Of a stretch of 64,000 bases of DNA, positions 36,902 through 47,162 are shown piece by piece. The notes beneath the pieces are model-generated. The model ran no database searches and was not told the DNA's origin. It was given only the letters and a program-made list of their open reading frames with translations. The stretch spans positions 847-64,846 of the forward strand of contig DAOWDN010000057.1 in assembly GCA_030639005.1 (NCBI GenBank), given 5' to 3'. Both the position numbers and the translations under genes were made by a program. The number at the start of each line of letters is the position of its first letter. The first letter of the stretch is position 1. This DNA is from Bacteroidia bacterium. Its GTDB lineage: Bacteria > Bacteroidota > Bacteroidia > Bacteroidales > GCA-2748055.

Positions 36902-38488
36902 TTAAAACTTTTCATCATACCTGGTCCATAACAGATCGCCAAGCTCCCATGCCTTCTCCACCACTATCTCCCCCCACTCCATGGTATATCCGGTAAGGTA
37001 GCTGTTAAGCTCATCCTTCTTGCCTCTTTTGTATAGCTCTACGGCTTTCTCTTCGAATGCCTCCTGACCGGAAAAGAGCTCCTCCTGCCAGGGATCCCAA
37101 ACTTCATTTACATCGTAGCGCATCTCACCCCATCGCTGGGCAGTAAGAGTCCCCAGCCGGTTAAAGGCCCACCAGGCCGATTCGCGGTTGAAGCCATCGG
37201 GACGTCCCGGTGTTTTATAGGAAACAGGCAGGTCGCTCCCTGAACAGTAAACCGGCACATAGATGGAAGTGGATACATTGTCCTGGGCCAGCCAGACCAC
37301 TCCCCCGATCTCATCGGGCAGCCACTCTCTGCACTGGATGATGGTGGCATACATGGTATACCATCGGGCAATGGTCCGCTCTCCTCGCCATCCCCATCCC
37401 CCGTTGATACGCATGAGTTTGTTCATATCGTACGGCAGATGTGGATTGGCCAGTGGCGAAATCACGCTCTTTCCCTCCTCATTGGTAACCAACATATCCT
37501 TGGTCATATCAAACGGTGTTCCCTCGTAGTAATCCGAAAACACCCTCCTGAGGTCGGTGAGTGTGACGGGCCGGTCAGGCTTTACCGAAAAGGGGTGGTT
37601 CTCTGCATTCGGATCCAGCTTAAGCGAAGGAGCCAACAGATCAAATACCCGCCATTCACGTCTTCTGGCTGCCAGGGAGGTTCGGCTTTGGGGCGCGTAA
37701 GCGTAACAGAAACTGAAAGGTACCTCTTCGTTCCACCAACCCGCATCCCTGGCAACGCTGTAAATGTTATCACTGGCCATAAAATGATCGGGGTCCGCCA
37801 GGTTGATCTCCCTGATGGTACTGGCATTGGCATTGACTGCAATGTGGCCGTCGGGTACCCGCTGTGCCACCCATACAGAACCGGTTTTCCCTTTGCCCGG
37901 ACCCACAATTTCAAAATGCCATACTTCGTGTTTATCTGCAATGGTCAAACATTCACCGTAATCGTTCCAGCCATACTCGGCCGTTAACTCACCGGCAAGT
38001 TCAATGGCTTCCCGTGCCGTTTTACAGCGTTCCAGCATCAGGCGGCAGAGCCTCTGACAATCGATGAACCCCGAGTCGGACTGAAGTTCCTCCCGTCCCC
38101 CGAAAGTGGATTCGCCAATGCCAAGCTGGAACTGGTTCATGGAGGGGTAGGCCGTATTGAGATACTGGTGGGTCTGTTTCACCTGCGGAATCTCACCAAT
38201 GGGGATGTGGCTATAGGTGGGCATGGCAAAAGAGTCGCTTGCCACCCTAAGGTACATGGTGGTGGTGGCTCCCCTTGCATGCTTTTTTGCAGGGATTACA
38301 TCCATCCAGGAGCGGGTCCGGTGACTGTCGTCAGTATGCGATGTAATTACCGAACCATCGGCTGTGGCCTTTTTGCCGGCGGTAACGCTTGTACATCCGT
38401 CGGCATAGCCCCCCTCCCAGTCAGGATGCTGGGCCTGAATCGGGATGCACATCAATAAGATTCCTGTAAATAGCAGAAGCATTTTCAT
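36902..38488 (-). CDS. C69 family dipeptidase
   Basis: Signal peptide, then DGCTSVTAGKKATADGSVITSHTDD (N-terminal nucleophile Cys context). The start is placed at Met14 of the listed ORF. Confidence 0.85.
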   Translation of the reverse strand: MKMLLLFTGILLMCIPIQAQHPDWEGGYADGCTSVTAGKKATADGSVITSHTDDSHRTRSWMDVIPAKKHARGATTTMYLRVASDSFAMPTYSHIPIGEIPQVKQTHQYLNTAYPSMNQFQLGIGESTFGGREELQSDSGFIDCQRLCRLMLERCKTAREAIELAGELTAEYGWNDYGECLTIADKHEVWHFEIVGPGKGKTGSVWVAQRVPDGHIAVNANASTIREINLADPDHFMASDNIYSVARDAGWWNEEVPFSFCYAYAPQSRTSLAARRREWRVFDLLAPSLKLDPNAENHPFSVKPDRPVTLTDLRRVFSDYYEGTPFDMTKDMLVTNEEGKSVISPLANPHLPYDMNKLMRINGGWGWRGERTIARWYTMYATIIQCREWLPDEIGGVVWLAQDNVSTSIYVPVYCSGSDLPVSYKTPGRPDGFNRESAWWAFNRLGTLTAQRWGEMRYDVNEVWDPWQEELFSGQEAFEEKAVELYKRGKKDELNSYLTGYTMEWGEIVVEKAWELGDLLWTRYDEKF

Positions 38489-38589
38489 AGGTGATACGTT
38501 TGAATTGAGGATTACGAATATAATCATATCCCCTTACAGAACCGTATCCCGGGTTTCATTTTTGCGAACTCTGACCGAGTAAAGTGCGA

Positions 38590-40167
38590 TCAGAACTCCG
38601 AACTGAAGTGAAAGGTAATTTCGGGGAAGTTGTCGCGGGCCATCTGAAGGGCGTAGGGCGACTCAGCCATATAAACCTCCCTCCCCTCCTTGTCTGTGGC
38701 AAGCTGCTGGTACTTCCTGAGTCTGAAATCCTTCAGTTTTTCACTATCATCACTTTCGATCCAGCACGCCTTGTGCATGGGAAGCTGCTCATATCTGCAC
38801 CTGGCGCCATACTCATGCTGCAGCCTGTATTGAATCACATCAAACTGCAGGGCCCCTACGGTCCCTATTATTTTTCGTCCGTTGGCCACGCTTACAAAAA
38901 GCTGAGCCACCCCTTCATCCATCAGCTGATCAAGTCCTTTTGAAAGCTGTTTGAATTTCATAGGATCGTCATTCTCCACATAACGGAACATCTCGGGTGA
39001 AAAACTGGGCATTCCCTGGAACTGTAGCTTCTCCCCTTCGGTAACGGCATCACCGATCTTGAAGTTGCCGGTATCGTGCACCCCGACAATATCGCCCGGA
39101 TATGCAAGATCGATGACCGATTTCTTTTCTGCCATGAAAGAGGTGGGACTGGAAAACTTCAGCTTGCGGCCTGTTCTTACATGGACATACCCTTTGTTGC
39201 GTTCGAATTTCCCTGAGGCTATTTTAATAAAGGCAATTCTGTCGCGGTGATTGGGATCCATATTGGCATGTATCTTAAACACAAAACCGGAGAACTTCTC
39301 CTCCTCCGGCTCCACCTTCCGGTTTTCCGTCTCGATGGTACCGGGCGGAGGTGCCAACTGGATGAAACAGTCCAGGATGTCCCGAACTCCGAAGTTGTTC
39401 AGAGCACTTCCAAAGAAGAGGGGTGCAACTCTTCCCTCCAGGTAATCTTCCCTGTTGAACTCGGGATAAACGCCTCCGATGAGCTCCAGTTCTTCGTCGA
39501 GACTGTCGGCATGTGGATCAATGAGCTTTCTGAACTTCGGATCCTCCAGGTTATCAAATTCCACCAGTTCCCCGATGGTCTGCTTGCTTTCGCTCTGGAA
39601 TGAACGGAAAGTCAGGTCAAAACGGTTGTATACTCCCCGGAAATCGGGACCCATGCTCACCGGCCAGCTTAAGGGGTGTACATGAATCTTCAGCTCCTGT
39701 TCAATCTCGTCCAGCAAATCAAAAGGGTCCCTGGCAGGACGATCCAGTTTGTTGATAAATACCATCACCGGAGTTTTGCGCATGCGGCACACGTTCATCA
39801 GTTTCCGGGTCTGAGCTTCTACTCCTTTGGCCGCATCAATCACAATGATTACGCTGTCGGCAGCTGTAAGGGTCCTGAATGTATCCTCCGCAAAGTCCTG
39901 GTGACCCGGTGTATCCAGGATATTGATCTTTTTTCCGCCATATTCAAATCCCATGACTGAAGTGGCCACCGAGATACCCCGCTGTTTTTCAATCTCCATG
40001 AAATCGGAGGTGGCTGTCTTCTTGATCTTGTTGGATTTAACGGCCCCGGCCACATTGATAGCTCCGCCAAACAAAAGGAACTTCTCGGTCAGCGTGGTTT
40101 TTCCCGCATCGGGGTGGCTAACGATGGCAAATGTTCTCCGCCTCTCTATCTCTTCTTTTAACTTCAT
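38590..40167 (-). CDS. prfC: Peptide chain release factor 3
   Basis: The motifs are RRTFAIVSHPDAGKTTLTEKFLLFGGAI, DTPGHQDF and NKLD. 525 aa. Confidence 0.95.
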   Translation of the reverse strand: MKLKEEIERRRTFAIVSHPDAGKTTLTEKFLLFGGAINVAGAVKSNKIKKTATSDFMEIEKQRGISVATSVMGFEYGGKKINILDTPGHQDFAEDTFRTLTAADSVIIVIDAAKGVEAQTRKLMNVCRMRKTPVMVFINKLDRPARDPFDLLDEIEQELKIHVHPLSWPVSMGPDFRGVYNRFDLTFRSFQSESKQTIGELVEFDNLEDPKFRKLIDPHADSLDEELELIGGVYPEFNREDYLEGRVAPLFFGSALNNFGVRDILDCFIQLAPPPGTIETENRKVEPEEEKFSGFVFKIHANMDPNHRDRIAFIKIASGKFERNKGYVHVRTGRKLKFSSPTSFMAEKKSVIDLAYPGDIVGVHDTGNFKIGDAVTEGEKLQFQGMPSFSPEMFRYVENDDPMKFKQLSKGLDQLMDEGVAQLFVSVANGRKIIGTVGALQFDVIQYRLQHEYGARCRYEQLPMHKACWIESDDSEKLKDFRLRKYQQLATDKEGREVYMAESPYALQMARDNFPEITFHFSSEF

Positions 40168-40233
40168 CCTTGAAAATGAGCGGCAAAGATAATAATAATC
40201 CTATTTTTGGGAGACTCTAAGGATCATTATAAG

Positions 40234-40701
40234 ATGGAAAACAAAAAGAAAGAGGGACGCTACTTCCGGATATACACCCAGCTGAAGGAGTTGCTGAATA
40301 AAACTGATGATCCGCTGGCCCGGATGTCTTCTGTTTGTGCAGTGCTGCACCATAAGATGGATTACTACTTCTGGACCGGATTTTATCTGCTTAAAGAGGG
40401 GAAACTGATCGTCGGTCCCTACCAGGGTCCGGTGGCCTGTCAGGAGCTTGAGAAGGACAAAGGGGTGTGCTGGGCAGCTGTGAACAGCAAGGCGCCGATG
40501 CTGGTTGCGGATGTTCACGCTTTTCCCGGGCATATTTCATGCGACTCCAGGTCAAAATCAGAAATTACTCTGCCGGTGTTCGATGGCAAGGGAGATGTTG
40601 TGGCTGTCTTTGATGTGGATTCGGATCAAACCGGTTCATTCACCAGCGTCGATCAGGAGGAACTTTCCAGGATCATGGCCCTGATCTTCTCTACCGAGTA
40701 A
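40234..40701 (+). CDS. GAF domain protein, free methionine-(R)-sulfoxide reductase (MsrC/YebR-like)
   Basis: WTGFYLLKEG..VGPYQGPVACQEL...GVCWAAV...FPGHISCDSRSKSEITLPV matches the YebR pattern. ATG 40234 is preceded by TATTTTTG (40202-40209, a TAnnTTTG match). Confidence 0.85.
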   Translation: MENKKKEGRYFRIYTQLKELLNKTDDPLARMSSVCAVLHHKMDYYFWTGFYLLKEGKLIVGPYQGPVACQELEKDKGVCWAAVNSKAPMLVADVHAFPGHISCDSRSKSEITLPVFDGKGDVVAVFDVDSDQTGSFTSVDQEELSRIMALIFSTE

Positions 40702-41033
40702 GGCTTGGTAATTAGCTCATCAAATCCAACATCCGAATAGTCCTCAAAGAAGAGCTCCGGATTATGTGCTGTAAGGGCGATCACCGGGATTGCATTTAAA
40801 GGGAAAGGCAGTTCATTACGGATGTATTGTATGGTCTCAATACCATTCATCACAGGCATCTCAATATCCATAAATACCAAATGAATCTTCTCAGTTCTAA
40901 GAATCTCAATTGCCTCCTGGCCACTTTCAGCAACTAGGGCTATATTTCCCGTTAATCTTACCAATTCGGATAGCAGGTAACGGTTGGTATATATATCGTC
41001 CACCACCAGGATCTTCTTCATTGCTCTGTTCAT
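40653..41033 (-). CDS. Stand-alone response regulator receiver domain
   Basis: 126 aa. The motifs are VVDD, a phospho-acceptor context (LVFMDIEMPVMNG) and ITKP. Its 3' end overlaps the convergent GAF gene by 49 nt. Confidence 0.85.
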   Translation of the reverse strand: MNRAMKKILVVDDIYTNRYLLSELVRLTGNIALVAESGQEAIEILRTEKIHLVFMDIEMPVMNGIETIQYIRNELPFPLNAIPVIALTAHNPELFFEDYSDVGFDELITKPYSVEKIRAMILESSS

Positions 41034-41094
41034 TTTTCTCGGGACAATAAAAATAGAAAATATTAACTAAATTTAGTGCTCACAGTAGTCGTGG

Positions 41095-43350
41095 ATGTTT
41101 GAACTGGACAAAAAGGAGATGGTCATCCGTTACAGTGCAATTGGATTTGTACTGGGGATTGTACTCACAGTCGTAGAATATGCCCTTCTTCTTTTCTCCA
41201 GGGAGACACCGTTTTCATTCAGCGCAATCGCACTGCTACACCATACACATGCTGCCGTATATCTCATAGATTTTCTGGCCATTCCAGGATTTCTATTTGG
41301 TGCCTTAATTGGAAACTGGCGACACAAGCAACTCGACTCGCTTTCTGAAAAGATCCGCCAGGAGACCGGTAAGAACGAGGAGATCAAAAGATTTACACAT
41401 GCGCTCATCGCCGGTGATCTCAATACGGATGTTTCGCTGAAACGCACAGAACAGAGCCTTTCTGACAAGCTGCATGAGCTCAAGGATACCCTATCCAGGA
41501 ACCGGGAGATGGAGCGGCAGCGACGCCTGGATGAACGCCAGAGAAATTGGATTTCAGAAGGGTTGGCCGAGTTTGGAGACCTCCTGCGCAAAAACTCAAT
41601 GGAGATAGAGACCATGACCTATTCCGTCATATCCGGACTGGTCAGGTACCTTGATGCCAACCAGGGGGCTATATTTCTTACTGTGGAACAGGAGGGCGAC
41701 CCTTACCTGGAGATGGTGTCGTGTTACGCCTACAACAGGAAGAAATTTCCGGACAGGCGGATTGCCTGGGGGGATGGACTCATTGGTGCTGCCGCTATGG
41801 AGAAAAAGGGCTATTATACAGACAAGATCGAGGATGGATACCTGACCATTACTTCGGGACTTGGCAAGGCAAATCCCGGCTACCTCCTGATCGAACCGCT
41901 GGTCTGGAACGACGAGGTATTCGGGATTGTGGAGATCGCATCGTTCAACCAGATTGAGGAACATAAGATCCAGTTTGTGAGTCGTGTGGCAGAGAATATT
42001 GCCACCACAATCAACAACTTGGAGAGCAACCTCAGGACTGAACAGCTGCTGAAGGAGACACGGGCACAGGCTGATCAACTGTTAGTTCAGGAAGAACAAG
42101 TGCGTCAGAACATGGATGCACTGAAACTGGTCCAGGAGGAGGGTGCCAGGCAGGCTGAGATCTTCATTAGCTTTACCAATACGGTGAACCATACACTGAT
42201 GAGGGCGGAGTATGACCCGGAAGGAGTTTTGCTCTATGCCAATACCAGATTCCTGAAGAAGCTGGGATATTCGGGGAACAGGGAGGTGGAAGGGAAACAC
42301 ATCTCTATGTTTATCAATGAAAAGGACCAGCCATGGTTTAATGCACTGTGGGAGAAGCTTGCCAAGGGAGGCAGACACTTTGAGGGGTATATGAAGCATG
42401 AAACCAAGCTGGGACAGGACCTCTGGACCATGGCCACCTACACCGGTGTCAGGAACGATGAAGGCAATGTGGAGAAGATCCTTTTCCTGGCCATCGACTC
42501 CACTGAGCAGAAGAAACAGAGTATCGATTTTGAAGGGCAGGTCGAAGCCATTGACCAGCTTAATGCCAAAGCAGTTTTCTCCCCCGACGGGAAACTCCAG
42601 ATTAGCAACTCTCTGTTCTCCAAGTCTTTCAAATATACAGGAATGGAGCTGGAACAGATGAATGTATTTGATTTCTTTGGAACCCGTGAGCAGGAGAGAT
42701 TTAACGAGATCTGGGAGAATGTTATCCAGGGTGAGGCGTTCCAGGGGCAATTAAAGATGCAGTCCAAATTCGAAGAGCCATTGTGGTTCAGGGCCACTTT
42801 TCTCTCGGTCAATGATATGTACGGAGAGGTCGAGAAGGTGATCTTCCTGGCCAATGAGATCACCAAGGAAAAGGAGATGGAACTGGCCTCCAGGAAACAG
42901 TATGAAAAGCTGATCCGCAAAGAAGAGGAACTCCGCCTGGCCAGCCTCGATCTGAAGAAGAAGCTTGAAGGCACCAATTCGCTGAGGGAGCAGGAGAGAG
43001 TGAAGTTTCAAAAGGATATACAACAGTACATCCATGTGCTGGAAGAATTGCCTTTCAGTGTAATTACCATCAACAACCTTGGTAAGGTGCTCTTCTTCAA
43101 CAGGCATGCAGAGAAAAGATGGAAAAAGAAGCAGAAAGAGGTGATCGGTTCCAGCGTGGAGATACTTTTCCCGGGTAAAAACCGGTCGGATGTGATTTCC
43201 GGTTTTATCGATCCTGCCAGGTCAAAAACGGCTGGTATTTACAAAGACCAGGAGCTTGAAATTGCCGGTCAATTTTCAGAAAAACAGACACTAATGGTCA
43301 TTCGCACCGACCTGAAAGAGGAGCTTCTTTATACGCTGGTTATTCTGTAA
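41095..43350 (+). CDS. Membrane-anchored HAMP-like/GAF/multi-PAS sensor protein without a recognisable output domain
   Basis: Two N-terminal TM segments are followed by a coiled coil and a GAF-like block (GAIFLTVEQEGDPYLEMVSCYAY...). At least three PAS-like blocks follow (DPEGVLLYANTRFLKKLGY; SPDGKLQISNSLFSKSF; NNLGKVLFFNRHAEKRW). No H-box, ATPase, GGDEF or EAL motif was seen. Confidence 0.75.
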   Translation: MFELDKKEMVIRYSAIGFVLGIVLTVVEYALLLFSRETPFSFSAIALLHHTHAAVYLIDFLAIPGFLFGALIGNWRHKQLDSLSEKIRQETGKNEEIKRFTHALIAGDLNTDVSLKRTEQSLSDKLHELKDTLSRNREMERQRRLDERQRNWISEGLAEFGDLLRKNSMEIETMTYSVISGLVRYLDANQGAIFLTVEQEGDPYLEMVSCYAYNRKKFPDRRIAWGDGLIGAAAMEKKGYYTDKIEDGYLTITSGLGKANPGYLLIEPLVWNDEVFGIVEIASFNQIEEHKIQFVSRVAENIATTINNLESNLRTEQLLKETRAQADQLLVQEEQVRQNMDALKLVQEEGARQAEIFISFTNTVNHTLMRAEYDPEGVLLYANTRFLKKLGYSGNREVEGKHISMFINEKDQPWFNALWEKLAKGGRHFEGYMKHETKLGQDLWTMATYTGVRNDEGNVEKILFLAIDSTEQKKQSIDFEGQVEAIDQLNAKAVFSPDGKLQISNSLFSKSFKYTGMELEQMNVFDFFGTREQERFNEIWENVIQGEAFQGQLKMQSKFEEPLWFRATFLSVNDMYGEVEKVIFLANEITKEKEMELASRKQYEKLIRKEEELRLASLDLKKKLEGTNSLREQERVKFQKDIQQYIHVLEELPFSVITINNLGKVLFFNRHAEKRWKKKQKEVIGSSVEILFPGKNRSDVISGFIDPARSKTAGIYKDQELEIAGQFSEKQTLMVIRTDLKEELLYTLVIL

Positions 43351-43900
43351 GCCAGTCAGAAATCACTTTGCACTCTGGCTTTTTCCTGGGAGGTACATGG
43401 CCCACCAGCATTCCACCCTCATCAATCATGTATTTCTGGAAGTTCCAGGTTACCTTGCTGTCCTCCAGCCCATTTTCCCCGGCTTCTGTAAGCCATTTGT
43501 AGAGAGGGTGAATCTGCTCTCCCTTCACTGCAATCTTGGCCATCATGGGAAAGCTTACCTCAAATTTGGTGGTACAGAATGTGGCAATCTCCTCATTGGT
43601 ACCCGGCTCCTGTCCCGCAAAATCGTTGCTGGGAAATCCAAGAATGACGAAATTGTCACCGCCATATTTCTTGTAGAGCCTCTCCAGCCCTTTATACTGC
43701 GGGGTGAATGCACACTTGGAGGCAGTGTTCACCACCAGCACCTTTTTCCCCTGCAACTGTGCAAGGTCATATTCCATTCCGTGAATGTCTTCCACGGTGA
43801 AATCGTAAAAACTATTCTGTCCTATCACCGGCAAGCACATTGAAAATGCCAGCAGGGCCAGCATTGGAGTGAAAAAACTTCTCATATTGTATAATATCAA
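43340..43900 (-). CDS. Glutathione peroxidase family protein (secreted)
   Basis: Signal peptide, VNTASKCAFTPQY (peroxidatic Cys), FPSNDFAGQEPG and WNFQKYMI. Confidence 0.9.
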   Translation of the reverse strand: MILYNMRSFFTPMLALLAFSMCLPVIGQNSFYDFTVEDIHGMEYDLAQLQGKKVLVVNTASKCAFTPQYKGLERLYKKYGGDNFVILGFPSNDFAGQEPGTNEEIATFCTTKFEVSFPMMAKIAVKGEQIHPLYKWLTEAGENGLEDSKVTWNFQKYMIDEGGMLVGHVPPRKKPECKVISDWLTE

Positions 43901-43975
43901 TACTTATCCGATGAAACAAAACAACCAGGCGCTTGTTCACACTTTTTCCATTAAATTTGAGTATACCTTTGCTTC

Positions 43976-44248
43976 ATGCCTGTTCAGTATGACATAATCG
44001 TTTACGGCCGTGTACAGGGTGTAGGATTCAGGGCTGCTGCCAGGAACCAGGCCAGGTCCATGAACCTGAAAGGATGGGTGGAAAACAATAAGGATGGTTC
44101 CGTACACATAGTGGTCAGCGGGAACCAGGAGCAGTGTGGTCAGTTAATTCAGTGGTGCAGGAACGGAAGCGGTTACAGCTGGGTGGAACGACTGGAAATC
44201 AAAGAGATGAGTCAGGGCCAATTGAGTGCTTTCTTTATTAAATATTAG
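43976..44248 (+). CDS. Acylphosphatase
   Basis: 90 aa with the VYGRVQGVGFR signature. Confidence 0.9.
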   Translation: MPVQYDIIVYGRVQGVGFRAAARNQARSMNLKGWVENNKDGSVHIVVSGNQEQCGQLIQWCRNGSGYSWVERLEIKEMSQGQLSAFFIKY

Positions 44249-44263
44249 CAGATCTTCAGTTAT

Positions 44264-45979
44264 TCAGCTCTTTGGGGACCTTTTTCGCCTGAGTAATGCG
44301 CCCATGCTGCTGAGGGTCAACCAGCCGGTAAGCACCAGGATCACCGCCGAAATTGCCACCAGCAGATATTCACCGTTTCTCAGGAAACCAGCCAGGTTTT
44401 CTACCATGGCCCAGAGTGTCAGTGTCAGGATCAGCAACATGGGTAGCAGGGTATAAATCACGGAAATTTTCCTGGAAGAGAGATAGACTGTAACCACTCC
44501 CAGCGCCAGCGCAGCCATTAACTGGTTCAGCGATCCAAAGAGCGGCCACAACACCATGGCACCCTGTCCCCCCGGCTTAAAAAAAGTCATCCCGCCTGCT
44601 GCAATCACAATAAGCAACGTGGCCACGTAGCGATTGTTCATGGGTTTCCGGATCTCACCTCTGCTGTTGGTAAAGATCTCCTGTAGCGAAATCCGCTGGA
44701 TCCTGGCTGCAGAATCGAGGGTGGTATTGGCAAACGATACGATAAAGACCACCACAAAAGCGGCCCCATATCTGACTGGCACTCCCAGTGAAGAGAAGAG
44801 GTTGGCCGATCCGATGATAAATGCATCAAGTTTAGCAGAAAGTCCGCTGGCAGAGGACCACGAGGCGTAGTGATGCCGGTATGCATCCACCCCGGTGAAA
44901 AATTCACCATCGGCTTCAAGTCCCATTCCAAGTCCCGCTCCTGCAGCCACAATAACAAGTACTGCCAGAAAGCTTTCGGTAATCATGGCTCCGAAACCTA
45001 TGGGAAGAGCATCCTGCTCACGGTCTACCTGCTTGACTGTGGTCCCGGAACTGGCCAGGGAGTGAAACCCGGAGATGGCACCACAGGCAATCACAATAAA
45101 CATGAGCGGTGCAAGGTCCGGAACATCTGATCCTGGTGCAAATGCACTTTCATTGATGGCCGGAGCTGAAAAATCGGGATGGGCCACAAAGATCCCTAAG
45201 ATCAGGAATGCCATGGCCACCAGTAGCTGGTGTGAATTGATGTAATCGCGTGGCTGAAGCAGTTTCTGAACAGGAAGGGTAGAGGCAAAAAAGACATAGA
45301 TAAAAAGGAGAATGCACCACACCACCACAGAGACCTCAGTGCTCCACGGCAGCGAGACGGGGAACCTCACCCCTACCAGTACAAAAGCATAGAGCAACAA
45401 CAGGGCCAGGATGGAATAGAGCAGGTCGTTTTTTCCCTTCCGGATCTCTCTTCCCAGCCAGATGGCCACAGGAATTTGCGCCCATACCGGGATCACAGCT
45501 TCAGGATACATTACAAAGAGAGAACTCACGATCATGGCAAATACGGCCAGCACAATAAAGAGCAGCAACTGCATGATAAATTGCAGCGCGTAACGGGTGG
45601 AGGGACTGATGATATCTGCCGTGAGTTCCCCAATGGATCTTCCCCGGTTCCTGGCCGAAACCACCAGGGTGGAGAAATCGTGTACAGCTCCCATGAAAAT
45701 ACTTCCCAGAAAAACCCACAGAAATGCAGGGAGCCAACCCCAGATGATCCCGATGGCCGGCCCCACAATGGGTCCCAGTCCCGCGATGGTAGTAAAGTGG
45801 TGACCAAAAATAATGTGGGGTTTGGTGGGCACATAATCGATGCCATCCCTGAACTCATGGGCCGGCATCAGCCGTTCGGATGACAAGCGGAACAACTTGT
45901 TCCCCAGGAACCTGCCGTAAAAGCGGTATGCAAGCAGGTATCCCGCTAATGCCAGTATGACAAGGATAAGACTGTTCAT
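44264..45979 (-). CDS. cstA: Carbon starvation protein A (CstA family transporter)
   Basis: 571 aa and polytopic. It has HHFTTIAGLGPIVGPAIG and GAVHDFSTLV, typical of CstA. Confidence 0.88.
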   Translation of the reverse strand: MNSLILVILALAGYLLAYRFYGRFLGNKLFRLSSERLMPAHEFRDGIDYVPTKPHIIFGHHFTTIAGLGPIVGPAIGIIWGWLPAFLWVFLGSIFMGAVHDFSTLVVSARNRGRSIGELTADIISPSTRYALQFIMQLLLFIVLAVFAMIVSSLFVMYPEAVIPVWAQIPVAIWLGREIRKGKNDLLYSILALLLLYAFVLVGVRFPVSLPWSTEVSVVVWCILLFIYVFFASTLPVQKLLQPRDYINSHQLLVAMAFLILGIFVAHPDFSAPAINESAFAPGSDVPDLAPLMFIVIACGAISGFHSLASSGTTVKQVDREQDALPIGFGAMITESFLAVLVIVAAGAGLGMGLEADGEFFTGVDAYRHHYASWSSASGLSAKLDAFIIGSANLFSSLGVPVRYGAAFVVVFIVSFANTTLDSAARIQRISLQEIFTNSRGEIRKPMNNRYVATLLIVIAAGGMTFFKPGGQGAMVLWPLFGSLNQLMAALALGVVTVYLSSRKISVIYTLLPMLLILTLTLWAMVENLAGFLRNGEYLLVAISAVILVLTGWLTLSSMGALLRRKRSPKS

Positions 45980-46732
45980 CTACTCCGAAGATAGTAGTTT
46001 TACCTGAAACGATCCCCGTACACCGATCTGGTCCCCTGCAATCACAGCGCATCCCCCGATTTCGGGGATTCCCTCCACGATTTCAAGAAGCGGTTCAATA
46101 TCGCCGGGCCCATGGACTTTATTGGCCAGTGCAGTGGCCCATGCATCGGCCAGTGGAGCTGAGCTTGAAATGATGGTAACGGCATCTGCCTTCCCTTTGC
46201 TGAAGGAGTGGCCCAGGGTACCGGAAGAAGTGCATATCCCCCACTCTCCCGGAGGGACCACAAATGCCATCTTATCTGATAGTGGTGATCTGCCCGCATG
46301 GATCACCGAGACCAGGTTGGTTAAGTTTCTCAGGAAAAGATCCCCACCGTTCTCCACCACTACCTCATCGGTCTGGTACTTGTCCGCAAGCCTACGGCCC
46401 ACTCGTTCGGCAAATAAACCTGCCACAGCTGCCATGGGGCCGGTTCCAGCTTTCATTCCGCATTCAAGCATGGTGATTATCTCATCTGGATTTTCACCCG
46501 GCTGAGAGAGGGGTAAGGGTTCAAGGGAGTTGAGAAAACGGGGATCTAAGCTATCATGCTCAAGCAGGATCAGGCGCAGTCTGACCAGCTCTTCCAGGGC
46601 CACCTCCTTCATTTCCTGGCGATAGGATCCGGGAGGCACCCCGATCAGAAGGTCTGATTCGTGATGCACTGCACGGAAGAAGTGGAACCGGTCCTGGTTC
46701 ATGCCTTCCCTGTATAACCTGGGCTGGTACAA
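45980..46732 (-). CDS. UPF0280 / ApbE-like family protein (COG2122-type)
   Basis: 250 aa, abutting its neighbours with 0-nt gaps. The family call comes from size, the GTGPMAAVAG segment and the conserved partnership with COG1900/NIL-ferredoxin genes. Confidence 0.55.
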   Translation of the reverse strand: MYQPRLYREGMNQDRFHFFRAVHHESDLLIGVPPGSYRQEMKEVALEELVRLRLILLEHDSLDPRFLNSLEPLPLSQPGENPDEIITMLECGMKAGTGPMAAVAGLFAERVGRRLADKYQTDEVVVENGGDLFLRNLTNLVSVIHAGRSPLSDKMAFVVPPGEWGICTSSGTLGHSFSKGKADAVTIISSSAPLADAWATALANKVHGPGDIEPLLEIVEGIPEIGGCAVIAGDQIGVRGSFQVKLLSSE

Positions 46733-47155
46733 TCAGTTTACTCCAAAATTAAGTTCAAAAAGCCCGAAGGGGCAAGCCTTGATGCATAGTTCACAGGCCA
46801 CACATTTCTCCGGGGAGAATTGCAGTTCCCTGCTTGCCGGATCCATCATCAGTGCTTCTGGAAAACAGACAGATGAACAAGCTCCGCAGTGGATACATTC
46901 TGATTCGTTAAACAGGATGGTCTTTACCACCGGTGAGATCACCACCTTTTTGCTTTCCAGGTAGGCCAGTGCCTTCTGCACTTTCCCTTTCTCCCCGGCC
47001 ATTTCGATGAGCAGGTTTCCCTCCCTGCCATGGGTAATATCGGCATTCAGGATATTGATCAGTACATCGAACTCCCTGATCAGATTATAGGTAATGGGTT
47101 CGTCCACTGTCTCGACTGGAAACTTCAACACCATTCTTCTTTTTGTCCGGGCCAT
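46733..47155 (-). CDS. NIL domain + 2x[4Fe-4S] ferredoxin domain protein
   Basis: The N-terminal part is NIL-like (PITYNLIREFDVLINILNADI). The C-terminal part has CIHCGACSSVC and CVACELCIKACP. Confidence 0.85.
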   Translation of the reverse strand: MARTKRRMVLKFPVETVDEPITYNLIREFDVLINILNADITHGREGNLLIEMAGEKGKVQKALAYLESKKVVISPVVKTILFNESECIHCGACSSVCFPEALMMDPASRELQFSPEKCVACELCIKACPFGLFELNFGVN

Positions 47156-47162
47156 ATGATTC

